42,824 bases of DNA from a virus (lineage: Duplodnaviria; Caudoviricetes), in IMG/VR virus record IMGVR_UViG_3300030372_002613, positions 1 to 42,824 of that record; one strand, given 5' to 3'. The notes under the pieces were generated by a model. That model worked only from the letters and a program-made list of their open reading frames with translations, was not told where the DNA came from and ran no database searches. This document shows positions 1 to 9,607 of this stretch, piece after piece. Made by a program: the position numbers and the translations under genes. Position 1 is the first letter of the stretch; each line of letters begins with the position of its first letter.

Positions 1-55
1 AAATTTATAATATGGCATACACAACAATTAATAAACACACAGATTATTTTAATAC
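1..55. repeat. Terminal overlap, identical to 42407-42461
   Basis: 55-nt exact match read directly; sequences diverge at position 56 vs 42462. Confidence 0.95.
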
Positions 56-1055
56 ACTTTTACGAACTGGAAATTATGCAAGTAGTGGAACTACTGCTAT
101 AACTGGTGTAGGATTTGCACCTGGTTTAATGTGGGAAAAGAAAAGAAATGGAACAAGTATTCATGCTTGGTTAGACCAAGTTAGAGGTAATACAAAACAA
201 ATTCGTTCAGAAACAGATTTAGCTGAAACTACAACAAGTCAATATGCAAGTTTAGATAGTGATGGTTTTACTGTTAATAATTCAGCAGATTATGATAGTA
301 GTAGCAATTTAGTTTCTTGGCATTGGAAAGCAAATGGTCAAGGTTCAGCTAATAATGATGGCTCTATAAACACTACATACACATCAGCTAATACAACAGC
401 AGGATTTAGTATTGTTAAATGGACTGGAACAGGAAGTGCAGGAACTCTTGGACATGGATTAGGAGTTGCACCTAAAGTTGTTATAGTTAAAAATACAATT
501 AATGCTTATAATTGGTGTGTGTACCATGAAAGTAATGGAAATACTAAAGCACTTTATTTAAACAGTAATACTACTGGTGCAACATCATCAACTTTTTTTA
601 ATAATACATCACCAACTAATTCAGTATTTTCAGTAGGTAGTGATTTAGCAGTTAATAAAAGTGGTTCTGCTATAATTGCCTACTGTTTTGCAGAAAAAAC
701 TGGTTATAGCAAAATAGGTAAATATAGTGGTAATGGAAATGCTAATGGACCATTTGTTTATACTGGATTTAAACCATCATTAATTATAATTAAAGATAAA
801 GATAATTCTGGAGAAAATTGGTTTATTTTTGATAATAAAAGACCAGGATATAACTTAAATGCAAATCACTTAAATCCTAATAGTGATACAACAGAAACAA
901 ATTCATCAGCTAATACGATGGATATACTTTCTAATGGTTTTAAAATGAGAGCAACAAATAATGGTATAAATAGAAGTGGTGGTGATGGATTTACTTATAT
1001 AGCAATAGGTCAATCATTAGTAGGTTCAAACAACGTACCATGTACAGCGAGGTAA
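12..1055 (+). CDS. Tail fibre / receptor-binding-associated virion protein (version A)
   Basis: G/S/T/N-rich beta protein with repeated motifs (GVGFAPGL.W.K.R, GHGLGVAPKVVIVK, GFKPSLIIIK); follows the LamG-like tail gene across the circular junction. Confidence 0.7.
   Translation: MAYTTINKHTDYFNTLLRTGNYASSGTTAITGVGFAPGLMWEKKRNGTSIHAWLDQVRGNTKQIRSETDLAETTTSQYASLDSDGFTVNNSADYDSSSNLVSWHWKANGQGSANNDGSINTTYTSANTTAGFSIVKWTGTGSAGTLGHGLGVAPKVVIVKNTINAYNWCVYHESNGNTKALYLNSNTTGATSSTFFNNTSPTNSVFSVGSDLAVNKSGSAIIAYCFAEKTGYSKIGKYSGNGNANGPFVYTGFKPSLIIIKDKDNSGENWFIFDNKRPGYNLNANHLNPNSDTTETNSSANTMDILSNGFKMRATNNGINRSGGDGFTYIAIGQSLVGSNNVPCTAR
335..412. repeat. Second overlap, identical to 42747-42824
   Basis: 78-nt exact match to the last 78 nt of the window. 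Confidence 0.95.
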
Positions 1056-1073
1056 TAAAAGGAGGAAATAATT

Positions 1074-1391
1074 ATGACAAAATGTAGAGATTTAGCAGAT
1101 ATAGTTTCAAACCTTTCAGCAAATGCAGAGAAAGCAGTTGTTGTAAATGCGGGAGGAACAGAGTTAACGTTCGGCGATGCAGGGTCCTCGGATCTGTATG
1201 GCTTTGTAAAGACTAACGGAACAGGTACTCAAAAAGAAGACTTAGTTGTTCACTATACAAATGGCGCAGATGACTTATCCGTTGCTCATAATAACTCAGA
1301 TCAAACGGATTTATATGATGAATCTTTTGTAGGTAAAAGGGGCCTATCATTTACAGTTGATTCTAGTGGTAATTTAAAGGTAACAGTATAG
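1074..1391 (+). CDS. Hypothetical tail-associated protein
   Basis: ORF with AGGAGG RBS; located in the tail gene block. Confidence 0.6.
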   Translation: MTKCRDLADIVSNLSANAEKAVVVNAGGTELTFGDAGSSDLYGFVKTNGTGTQKEDLVVHYTNGADDLSVAHNNSDQTDLYDESFVGKRGLSFTVDSSGNLKVTV

Positions 1392-1430
1392 TGTACAAAA
1401 CTAGGGAAATATTATAAAAAAGGAGATATT

Positions 1431-2267
1431 ATGGCAACATTAAATTTAGGAAGAATTAAACCCGTATTTAAAGGAGCATGGAATTCAGGTGCTTTTGTAA
1501 TTGACGATATAGTTACACACGGAAATGAGACTTTTATTTGTATACAGGCAGGTACTAATAAAGCAACTACTGATGCAGCTTATTGGACAAAATTAGCGGC
1601 TAAAGGATCAGATGGTACAGACTTAACTTCAACTTTAGCAACCCAGGGACAAATAGTTTATCGTGACGGATCTGGTCTAGCAGCTTTAAATGCTGGGACA
1701 GCTGGTCAAGTTTTACAAACTGGTGGCTCTGGTGCTAATCCTAGTTGGGCAACACAAGCAGGTGGAAGAACTTTACAAATGAAAGCATTACATTTTGATG
1801 ATGCAATTAATTATGGTAGTGCTACTTGGGGAAACCACTCACACCCTTTAGGAGATGGTACAATACAAATGACACCTAAAGCTACAGGAAATTTAATTGA
1901 AGTAAGATTTGATTTCCATTGCTGTGGTGGTTCTACTTGGCAATCTGCACAATATAGAGCTTTAGTTTCAACAGATAGTGGTTCTAATTGGAGTTATGTC
2001 ACTTCTGGAAATAGTGATGGTGGTGCTATAGGTGCACACGATATTTACAACGAAAGTAAAACTGTTTCATCTACAACTTACTTTGGTTTTTGGCATATAA
2101 CAGCTAACACTAATCTACACCAATTTAAAATTCAAGGATTTGGTCGTACTGGTGGCGGTGGTGACCACATTAACCAAAATGGTGAGGCGGGTGGTCAAGA
2201 AAGAAGTAGAGTTGTAATGAAAGAAATAGATATGACTGGAAGTGATTTCACTTCAGGTGCTTTATAG
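1431..2267 (+). CDS. Tail fibre-like protein
   Basis: AGGAGA RBS; N-terminal FKGAWNSG..Y/F..DD.V module and GTAGQVLQT...PSW fibre motif. Confidence 0.7.
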   Translation: MATLNLGRIKPVFKGAWNSGAFVIDDIVTHGNETFICIQAGTNKATTDAAYWTKLAAKGSDGTDLTSTLATQGQIVYRDGSGLAALNAGTAGQVLQTGGSGANPSWATQAGGRTLQMKALHFDDAINYGSATWGNHSHPLGDGTIQMTPKATGNLIEVRFDFHCCGGSTWQSAQYRALVSTDSGSNWSYVTSGNSDGGAIGAHDIYNESKTVSSTTYFGFWHITANTNLHQFKIQGFGRTGGGGDHINQNGEAGGQERSRVVMKEIDMTGSDFTSGAL

Positions 2268-2276
2268 GAGAAATAA

Positions 2277-2525
2277 ATGATAAAACATAAACTTAAAAAA
2301 AGATATAGCAACGACTTACAAGACCAATTTAAGATTGAGGTTAGTGATGCTGATGCTAATAATATTTATAGATTTTCAACACCATCTGAAGAAAGAAATG
2401 ATGCAAATTCTCTTTATGTTGAAATTGAGGGTCCTTTAAATGATACTTTAAATCACGATGAACCAATCAATCCTATGACTAAAGAGGAAATTGAAAATTG
2501 GTTAGACGCTAAAGAAGCAGAATAA
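2277..2525 (+). CDS. Hypothetical protein, possible fibre assembly chaperone
   Basis: AGGAGA RBS; small acidic ORF directly after a fibre gene. Confidence 0.5.
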   Translation: MIKHKLKKRYSNDLQDQFKIEVSDADANNIYRFSTPSEERNDANSLYVEIEGPLNDTLNHDEPINPMTKEEIENWLDAKEAE

Positions 2526-2530
2526 TCGCC

Positions 2531-2737
2531 ATGAAAGAGATCCAGGACTTAAAAATCGAAGTTACTGAGGTCAAGGGCGACATAAAGCTTATCAATCAAG
2601 AAATATCTCAAATAAAAGATAATCATCTATCACATATAGAAAAATCAATATCAAATATCAATAAAATAATATGGACAGTGGGGATATTAGTTTTCGCAGA
2701 ACTAGTTCTTTTGTTAAAGCATTTTATACTGGGGTAA
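2531..2737 (+). CDS. Coiled-coil plus C-terminal TM protein (XhlA/holin-like)
   Basis: Heptad pattern followed by hydrophobic IIWTVGILVFAELVLLL; starts the lysis region. Confidence 0.55.
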   Translation: MKEIQDLKIEVTEVKGDIKLINQEISQIKDNHLSHIEKSISNINKIIWTVGILVFAELVLLLKHFILG

Positions 2738-2760
2738 ATAAAACATGGAAGGGCCGGACT

Positions 2761-2976
2761 ATGATCAGATGGATCGGATTTATTCTAGCAGTACTGGCTG
2801 TTTATTTGTTATCTACAGCAAACCCTAGTATACAACATTGGGGCTGGCTTCTCTCTGCAATATCCTGTGCGATATGGGTCTACGCCGGCATGAAGGATGG
2901 GGACATCGCCAGGACATTGATGGAAATTTGTTATACAATACTAGCAATACGTGGTATAATAAACTGGTGGCAGTAA
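2761..2976 (+). CDS. Small multi-TM membrane protein (PnuC-like half unit, tentative)
   Basis: Probable start ATG 2761 (MIRWIGFILAV...); two to three hydrophobic segments; ends GIINW. Confidence 0.5.
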   Translation: MIRWIGFILAVLAVYLLSTANPSIQHWGWLLSAISCAIWVYAGMKDGDIARTLMEICYTILAIRGIINWWQ

Positions 2977-2986
2977 GGAGAATATT

Positions 2987-3379
2987 ATGTGGCTAAATAT
3001 TGCAGCTAAACTTGTACCAGGGATTATAAAGACTGGCATGAGTATAGCATCAAATAGAAGACGAACTAAGGAACTTGAATCCGTGGCCGAGATGAAGCAT
3101 GCAGAACGTATGGCTAATGGCGAGTTAGAGTATAAGAAGGCAGTTATACAGAATAATCAACAGGGATGGAAAGACGAATTTGTGTTGATTCTTGTGTCGG
3201 CTCCAGTTATGCTCTTAATATGGTCTATCTTTAGTGACGACCCAGAGATTATGGCTAAGGTAGATAGGTTTTTTGATCAATTCAATAATATGCCTTTTTG
3301 GTATCAGGCATTATTTATTGGTGTAGTTTCGGCAATTTATGGTTTAAAAGGTGCTGATATAATAGGGAAAAGGAAGTAA
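2987..3379 (+). CDS. Putative holin (3TM holin-like)
   Basis: AAGGAG RBS; WKDEF followed by two TM segments and a basic C-terminus; near the endolysin. Confidence 0.6.
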   Translation: MWLNIAAKLVPGIIKTGMSIASNRRRTKELESVAEMKHAERMANGELEYKKAVIQNNQQGWKDEFVLILVSAPVMLLIWSIFSDDPEIMAKVDRFFDQFNNMPFWYQALFIGVVSAIYGLKGADIIGKRK

Positions 3380-3380
3380 T

Positions 3381-3491
3381 ATGACATTACCTGGTTTAAA
3401 GGATAAAGTTATAGATTTATGGGATAGGCTAAATCCAAAAGTTAAGATTGGATTATTTGTAGTTTATTCTATAATTCTTATAGCTATGTAG
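3381..3491 (+). CDS. 36-aa membrane peptide MTLPGLKDKVIDLWDRLNPKVKIGLFVVYSIILIAM
   Basis: Translated by hand; fills the gap exactly between neighbouring genes; one TM segment. Confidence 0.55.
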   Translation: MTLPGLKDKVIDLWDRLNPKVKIGLFVVYSIILIAM

Positions 3492-3494
3492 TAT

Positions 3495-3638
3495 ATGGGC
3501 AAGGCTCCTAAGTTTGGCTTAGTTGTCGCCTATACAAAAACTTATAAAGGAACAAGCATAGGCAGGAGACCTATAACTAGTACTATGAATAAAAAGAAAA
3601 AGGCAAGTTTTAAAAAATACCGAGGGCAGGGCAGATGA
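3495..3638 (+). CDS. 47-aa basic protein ending KKYRGQGR
   Basis: Translated by hand; stop overlaps next ATG (ATGA); the YRGQG terminus recurs in small marine phage proteins. Confidence 0.7.
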   Translation: MGKAPKFGLVVAYTKTYKGTSIGRRPITSTMNKKKKASFKKYRGQGR

Positions 3639-4039
3639 GCTTAAAGATTTCTGAAGAAGCTAAAGTTCAAATGCCAATGAAGACGGTTGCTAGCTTAATC
3701 GCGATTGTAGGAATCGGAGTGTGGGGATACTTCGGTATTGTAGAAAAATTAAATATACATTCAACTGAAATTAAGTTGATGACTAGTGACCTAGAGAAAA
3801 ACACTGAGTTTAGAATTGGTTGGCCTAGAGGTACATTAGGTTCTCTGCCCGCGGACTCTGAACAATTTATGCTTATCGAGGATTTATATAAGCAAGTAGA
3901 AAAACTGCAAGTTCAGCAAGAGGCTGGAATGCATAACAAAGTAAACATTGAGTTTCTACAGAAACAAGTAGAAAAATTATTAGAAGATGTTGAAAGATTA
4001 AAAGATAAGGTTAGACAAAATGGAAAGAGTTACCAATGA
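3635..4039 (+). CDS. N-terminal TM plus coiled-coil protein (possible inner-membrane spanin-like)
   Basis: TM segment followed by long heptad coiled coil; lysis context. Confidence 0.5.
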   Translation: MSLKISEEAKVQMPMKTVASLIAIVGIGVWGYFGIVEKLNIHSTEIKLMTSDLEKNTEFRIGWPRGTLGSLPADSEQFMLIEDLYKQVEKLQVQQEAGMHNKVNIEFLQKQVEKLLEDVERLKDKVRQNGKSYQ

Positions 4040-4254
4040 TTGAAACAGTAGTAGCATTATTAATGATTGTAAACAATGAGATCAAGGAGCACAGAATCCA
4101 AGAATCTATGGCTACATGTTTAAAAGGAAAACGTATAGCAGAGCGTCAACTAAAGGGTGGCGGTAACGTTAGATACCAATGTCTAAAGTCTGAAGCAGAG
4201 TTAGAAACGGATAGTTTAGGCAATGTACATATTAAAAAATTAATATTAAAGTAG
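4036..4254 (+). CDS. Hypothetical small protein with two Cys
   Basis: ORF with ATGA overlap; hydrophobic N-terminus. Confidence 0.55.
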   Translation: MIETVVALLMIVNNEIKEHRIQESMATCLKGKRIAERQLKGGGNVRYQCLKSEAELETDSLGNVHIKKLILK

Positions 4255-4261
4255 GAGTAAT

Positions 4262-4684
4262 ATGATACCAAGAGAAAAAACAGATACGATAGTAATTCAT
4301 TGTGCGGATACACCTGACGACAGAGATGTTGATATGGCTACTATTAAAAAATGGCATGTTGAAGAAAGAGGATGGAGTGATATAGGATACCACTTTGTTA
4401 TTAGACGTAATGGTCTAGTTGAAGCTGGTAGAGATATTAAGCTATCTGGAGCTCATGCAAGACAAGTTAATGGTACGTCAGTTGGTATATGTATGGTCGG
4501 CAGAGAAAACTTTGACCCTAGACAATTTGACTCGTTGAGAGATACTGTGCAGATGCTATTGAAATTATATCCTGAATGTAAAGTTATCGGTCACTGTGAC
4601 GTAGAGCCTAAGAAACCTAATTGTCCTGGCTTTGATGTATCTAAATGGTTTAACGAAGCCATTCCTTCCATTGATCGCCCATAA
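4262..4684 (+). CDS. Endolysin, N-acetylmuramoyl-L-alanine amidase (T7 lysozyme-like)
   Basis: IVIHC, GWSDIGYHFVI, GAH, GH.D, K..CP zinc-amidase motifs. Confidence 0.93.
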   Translation: MIPREKTDTIVIHCADTPDDRDVDMATIKKWHVEERGWSDIGYHFVIRRNGLVEAGRDIKLSGAHARQVNGTSVGICMVGRENFDPRQFDSLRDTVQMLLKLYPECKVIGHCDVEPKKPNCPGFDVSKWFNEAIPSIDRP

Positions 4685-6089
4685 CTTGTCTAGCTATATC
4701 TTTCTTAGCTTTTAATGATTTAATAATCTTATTATCTACTGTCCCTAGTGTAGTTATATCTATATAGTGTACATTTTTCTTTTGCCCTATACGATGACAA
4801 CGATCCTCGGACTGTAGCCTGTGTTCTAGATTATAACTATTACTATAATATATTACTGTATTAGCTACTTGTAAGTTAAGACCAAAGCCTGCAGTTGCTG
4901 GATTAGCTACAAAAAATTTAGGTCTTCCATGCATAAACTCTTGTATATTTTCTTTTCTTTGTTTATCATCTGTATCTCCCCAGTACTCTACAACCATATC
5001 AGTACCGTGCTGTTCTCTAAGTTTTTCTGCAATGCTTCTTAAATCAGCTCTATAACAAGCCCATACAATACACTTATTATCTATCTCTTGTGTTAATTCT
5101 AACAAAGCACTTATTCTATTATTTTTAATATAATGAGAGTTGCCATCATTATCTATTAAATGACCACAAGTAATTTGATGCAGTTTACTTAACATAGATA
5201 GCTTATTAGGAACCGTTATTAATTCATTATCTGCTTTTGTTAAGCATAGGTCTTTCATCTCTTGGTAAGCTTTCTCTTGTTCTTTAGTTAAATCTACATG
5301 TCTATATTGATATGTCTTCTTAGGTAAATCTAAGCAATCATCTTTCTTAACTCTAAAACTAAATCCTCTTAGTATATCATTAAGCTCATCTGTTCTCTGG
5401 AATCCTGTAACTTTCTTAAATGATCTACCACCAAGATTCATATTAACCATAATAGCATATCTATTTCTAAATGAATAAAATGATGAGAACCCTAGGTGTA
5501 CTTCATCTAGAAAATCACATTGACTATATAAGTCTAATGGATCACGAGTCACGGGCTCACCAGTTAGGATACGTCTATACTTAGCCATTCTACCTAACTT
5601 AATAATGGCTTTAGTTCTATTAGCACCAGGAGTTTTAATAGTTGTAGATTCATCTATAACCATTAGAGCTCTGCTAGTATTAAGAAAGCTTGTTGCCCAC
5701 TTAACACCTTTAGCACTACTAAATGCTTCAACATTCATTATAACTATTCTTAATTCATCTCCTGCTCTTACTATATCATTGAGATACATCTTCTCTTTCT
5801 TCCTAGGAGACGCACTCCATATAGCATAACGATATATTATATGATCTGGCAAGTGTGTAGGTATCTCGTTTAAATGCCAATTACGATAAGCTCCTTTAGG
5901 CGCTATAATTAATAATGTATCTATCTTACCATTATCATATAGATAAGCAGCTGTATCTAATATTACTTTTGATTTGCCTGTACCCATCTCCATGAATAAA
6001 GCAAATGATTCTTTGTCCTTTGATAACTCCCAAGCTTTTAGCTGATGGGCAAAAGGTTCCGTCTTAAATGGGTATATGTTACTATGCAT
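4650..6089 (-). CDS. SNF2-family (SF2) helicase
   Basis: EMGTGKS Walker A, DEST motif II, LTGEP, GFGLNL, QSEDRCHRIGQ motif VI. Confidence 0.92.
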   Translation of the reverse strand: MHSNIYPFKTEPFAHQLKAWELSKDKESFALFMEMGTGKSKVILDTAAYLYDNGKIDTLLIIAPKGAYRNWHLNEIPTHLPDHIIYRYAIWSASPRKKEKMYLNDIVRAGDELRIVIMNVEAFSSAKGVKWATSFLNTSRALMVIDESTTIKTPGANRTKAIIKLGRMAKYRRILTGEPVTRDPLDLYSQCDFLDEVHLGFSSFYSFRNRYAIMVNMNLGGRSFKKVTGFQRTDELNDILRGFSFRVKKDDCLDLPKKTYQYRHVDLTKEQEKAYQEMKDLCLTKADNELITVPNKLSMLSKLHQITCGHLIDNDGNSHYIKNNRISALLELTQEIDNKCIVWACYRADLRSIAEKLREQHGTDMVVEYWGDTDDKQRKENIQEFMHGRPKFFVANPATAGFGLNLQVANTVIYYSNSYNLEHRLQSEDRCHRIGQKKNVHYIDITTLGTVDNKIIKSLKAKKDIARQVMGDQWKEWLR

Positions 6090-6140
6090 AATGTCCTTTT
6101 CCGTTGTCTATGGTCATCTATGGGGCTTTTTTTCTTCCGC

Positions 6141-7616
6141 CTATATGTCAAAATACATATTTGTATTCGGTTGTACAATATGCAAAGACTTTTTAGCTCT
6201 TGTAATAGCCACATAAAAGACTCTGATTTCATCATCAGGTAGCGCGTGCATTTCTCTATAAGTACGAGGAGCTATGTCTGTTAATAACAGAACATGCTCT
6301 GCTTCACCACCTTTGACGCCATGGATTGTTCCTATTTTAATCCGTGGTTCTTTATCTAAATTCTCTCCTCTCTTGAGCAGCATTATATAGTATTCTCTTC
6401 TCTTTGTATCTATTTTATTTAGCCGCTCGTGCCATATTCCTGGTTTTAATTCAAAGTCAGATATGGTATAATAACCATCGGGGTTTATTCCACGCGGACA
6501 GCGGGTCACCATATATTTATATATTAACTTAATGCCGCTCCCCACTATGGATTCACCCTTGGACAATCTAGTCCATAAGCGTATTGCTTGCAAGGCCTCA
6601 GCGTTTAATGGTGACCTACGTCCTAAGATACTATACGGATATCCGTTCTTTATACAGATATTCTCTAGCTGATTAAGCATATAGCCATTACGAGCTAGTA
6701 AGTACCAGTTACCTTTAGATATATCTACGTCCTCTGGGTCAAGATAGTATCTAACGTCTCCTTTATCTTCTTGAGGTTTAAACTCTTTACTAATCCTAGA
6801 TTTTATTCTAAGACTTAACTTAGTAGCTAGCTCCCAAATAGATAGTGGAACTCTATATGATTGATTTAATACAGTGCTGTTACCTTTAAGATTTATAAAC
6901 TGATCTACGTCAGCCCCGGCCCATCGGTATATAGCCTGGTCATCATCACCAGCTACATATACTATCTCTGTATCTTTACCAATCTCATTAATTATATCCC
7001 ATTGTACTTTGGATAGGTCTTGAGCTTCATCTACAAATAGGATTCTAAGCTTAGGAAATGATTTCTTTTCTAAACACTTGACAAGCATGTCTGTATAGTC
7101 TATTATCTTACGCTTCTCTTTGTATTTAACTAGTGCTCTTTGTAATCTCTCTAATTCAAACCAACTTATATTATCGTCGTCTTGTTTATTAAATATATCG
7201 TATAAAGGTATACGTTGTACTCTTGATAAGTTCTCTAAGAAAAATAATTTATCTCCTGTCTTCATACCAAATATCTGACCTTCTTCCATTGTAGCACCGC
7301 CATCTACTTCTAAGCCAAGCATATCACCTAGCTCTCTATAGTGCGTTGGACCCATGACATCGGCCCTTTTTAAATGTAGTTGATGGAAGCATAGACTATG
7401 TATTGTTCTAAAATATGGTAGATCATCTTTACCATAATCAAATTTTATAAAAGCTCTGTCAGCTGCTTCATTGGCTGCTTTCCTAGTAAAGGCTAGGTAT
7501 CCTATGTGCTCTGGTCTTATTCCATCTGATAAATGTTTTTCTACTAAACTTATTAACTTAGTTGTCTTACCAGTACCAGGTGGACCTAAGATGATGTTAA
7601 GGTTTCCGTGTTGCAT
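6141..7616 (-). CDS. UvrD/RecB-like SF1 helicase
   Basis: GPPGTGKT, AFTRKAA, VDEAQD, GDDDQAIY, QSYR, TIHGVKGGE, YVAITRAK. Confidence 0.93.
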   Translation of the reverse strand: MQHGNLNIILGPPGTGKTTKLISLVEKHLSDGIRPEHIGYLAFTRKAANEAADRAFIKFDYGKDDLPYFRTIHSLCFHQLHLKRADVMGPTHYRELGDMLGLEVDGGATMEEGQIFGMKTGDKLFFLENLSRVQRIPLYDIFNKQDDDNISWFELERLQRALVKYKEKRKIIDYTDMLVKCLEKKSFPKLRILFVDEAQDLSKVQWDIINEIGKDTEIVYVAGDDDQAIYRWAGADVDQFINLKGNSTVLNQSYRVPLSIWELATKLSLRIKSRISKEFKPQEDKGDVRYYLDPEDVDISKGNWYLLARNGYMLNQLENICIKNGYPYSILGRRSPLNAEALQAIRLWTRLSKGESIVGSGIKLIYKYMVTRCPRGINPDGYYTISDFELKPGIWHERLNKIDTKRREYYIMLLKRGENLDKEPRIKIGTIHGVKGGEAEHVLLLTDIAPRTYREMHALPDDEIRVFYVAITRAKKSLHIVQPNTNMYFDI

Positions 7617-7810
7617 TTACATTCTCTCTGTTTACTTTTGTTTAACTCTTCCTTTGTTTCATCAAGCTCTTTATAAGTATCTCCTATTATTTTTCTATGA
7701 CCTTGACTTATCTCTTCTTTGTCTTTTACTTTTTGTTTTAATTGTTTATTCTCTCTCTTTAACTTTTCTATTTGTTTATCTAACTTTTTACAGTCGTCGT
7801 CACTCATCAT
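7586..7810 (-). CDS. Small coiled-coil hypothetical protein
   Basis: ORF in operon order; K/E-rich heptads. Confidence 0.55.
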   Translation of the reverse strand: MMSDDDCKKLDKQIEKLKRENKQLKQKVKDKEEISQGHRKIIGDTYKELDETKEELNKSKQRECKCNTETLTSS

Positions 7811-8106
7811 TTCTTCACCTTAATCTCCTTAACGTTACCATTTGGTATTACAGTTACATTACCAAAAGAATCTATGTTGCCATCATCATCTAAAGAATAG
7901 TCTCCAAAAATCTTAGTGCAACCGTTAGCTCTGTTATAAATCTTACCTGCTGTTTTGCATGTGGCAGGCTTAAATTTATCTACAGCTTTTTTGTCTAACC
8001 AAGAAGAGTCACTTACAATGTCTATCCAAGTTACCTCGACATTAGCATAAGTATCAGCTTCATTCATACCCGCCTTTCTTTTAAAACGGTATTTCTTCTT
8101 TGTCAT
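7807..8106 (-). CDS. Hypothetical protein
   Basis: ORF overlapping both neighbours in the replication operon. Confidence 0.6.
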   Translation of the reverse strand: MTKKKYRFKRKAGMNEADTYANVEVTWIDIVSDSSWLDKKAVDKFKPATCKTAGKIYNRANGCTKIFGDYSLDDDGNIDSFGNVTVIPNGNVKEIKVKK

Positions 8107-9592
8107 CTTCTACGTCCTCCGGTACGTCATGGCCACTATCTTGTTTTGCAAATGCAGGTAACGACCATAAGTTAACTCCTTTGCCTTTTATATTCCAGAA
8201 ATGGTGCTCAGCATCACGTTGTTTTAGAAGAGAAGTTACTTGATGAACTTTAAACTCTCTAAAGTGCTGACGATCAAAGAACGCCATTAAATCTGAAATC
8301 CTAAAATAATGCTTGTTATCCTCAGTCCAAGGTTTACCAAGCAAAATCTCATCTTTACTCATTGCTTGAGCTCTACCAGTACAGAATCGTTCTATAAGTT
8401 CGAACAATTGACCAATAGAACTAGCGTCTACAGGTGCTTCTATCACGTTTAGGTTCTCAAATAAATGATTAATGAGCTGATTCCAGGCATTTTCATTCAT
8501 TTTTGCAGGCATCATATTAAGCTTTTCCATACACCTTCTTTGAAATCTTCTCTGATTTTGTAAATCATCCGTATCTAACTCTATTCTTCCGCTACCTTCT
8601 ATGTCTAAAAACCAGATAGGAGGATTAGAATTGTATTTAGTTAAGGAGTGTATAGCCGGCATTCTGCCATCATTTCCGATCCCATGCTTTCGGAGTTTAC
8701 AGACAGAAGCGTTGCAATGAGGTGCAATCGGAGCCCGGCTACACGTATACTGATATGTCTTTTTAGAAGCTGATTTAATTACTTCTAACACTTCAGTACT
8801 TTTTAATGGAGGATCCATAAACTTTATATTATAGTCTTCTACCTTGGCTTGCCATTCATCAGGAAAAGCTTTCCTAGCATAGACAGCTATATTAAATAGT
8901 CCATTATTTCTAGTCCCCTCAGGAAAACCTTGCTGTGTTAAATGTTGTAAACAAGGAGGACCCTCTTTTAACTCAGAATTAACTTCAATCTTTAATTTTT
9001 CTACCTCCTTTTGAGACAATAGATTTGATTCAGCTAAATCTAAGAACTGTTCTGGTGATAAATTATTCTCATTAAGTATGGCATATCTTTCTGTATTTGT
9101 AGCATTAAAGTATGGCATATTAATCCAACCACCTACATCTCCTCGTTCAGCTAATATTTGTATTTGTTTTGGAAATACTTCGCAACCTCCAAAGCCAAGA
9201 GCAGATGATAATTCTTCTAGTTTTAATTTCATTACAGATGCAGCTATCCATTCTTTACAAAATAGATATAAGTGTACTCCACCTGATTTTGATCTACATG
9301 GGATTAATGGTAATTTTAATTGATTAAGTTTTATAGATAATTCTTTTAAATTTAATTCAGCATATTCATCTACATCAATGGCTCCAAATTTAACTTTTGA
9401 TTCATCATTAATAGGAATAATACCTAGTCCTTTGGTACCAGCTAAGTGGTCCTTCCAATGTTGTATAGTTACTTTTTCTCTTACCGTTACAGCCTTGCCC
9501 GTCAGTTTGCCATCGGCACGGGAATCTTTTATTTCGTATGTACCGTGGGCTCGTTCAAGGCCGGCGAAAAGAGAACTAAATCTATTCTCCAT
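8081..9592 (-). CDS. Archaeo-eukaryotic primase (AEP) / primpol
   Basis: FGAIDVD (DxD), SKSGG.H motif, PPC...G.RNN C-terminal domain with further Cys residues. Confidence 0.82.
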   Translation of the reverse strand: MENRFSSLFAGLERAHGTYEIKDSRADGKLTGKAVTVREKVTIQHWKDHLAGTKGLGIIPINDESKVKFGAIDVDEYAELNLKELSIKLNQLKLPLIPCRSKSGGVHLYLFCKEWIAASVMKLKLEELSSALGFGGCEVFPKQIQILAERGDVGGWINMPYFNATNTERYAILNENNLSPEQFLDLAESNLLSQKEVEKLKIEVNSELKEGPPCLQHLTQQGFPEGTRNNGLFNIAVYARKAFPDEWQAKVEDYNIKFMDPPLKSTEVLEVIKSASKKTYQYTCSRAPIAPHCNASVCKLRKHGIGNDGRMPAIHSLTKYNSNPPIWFLDIEGSGRIELDTDDLQNQRRFQRRCMEKLNMMPAKMNENAWNQLINHLFENLNVIEAPVDASSIGQLFELIERFCTGRAQAMSKDEILLGKPWTEDNKHYFRISDLMAFFDRQHFREFKVHQVTSLLKQRDAEHHFWNIKGKGVNLWSLPAFAKQDSGHDVPEDVEDDKEEIPF

Positions 9593-9607
9593 GACCGGCC
9601 TATAAAC

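Noticed and set aside
1-412. Diversity-generating retroelement or invertase shufflon behind the two tail-gene versions
   Set aside because: No reverse transcriptase or recombinase is present; differences are not adenine-specific and include indels; the flanks are direct, not inverted
2671-2760. Longer N-terminus of the 2671-2976 ORF
   Set aside because: Overlaps the upstream gene; ATG 2761 gives a cleaner membrane protein
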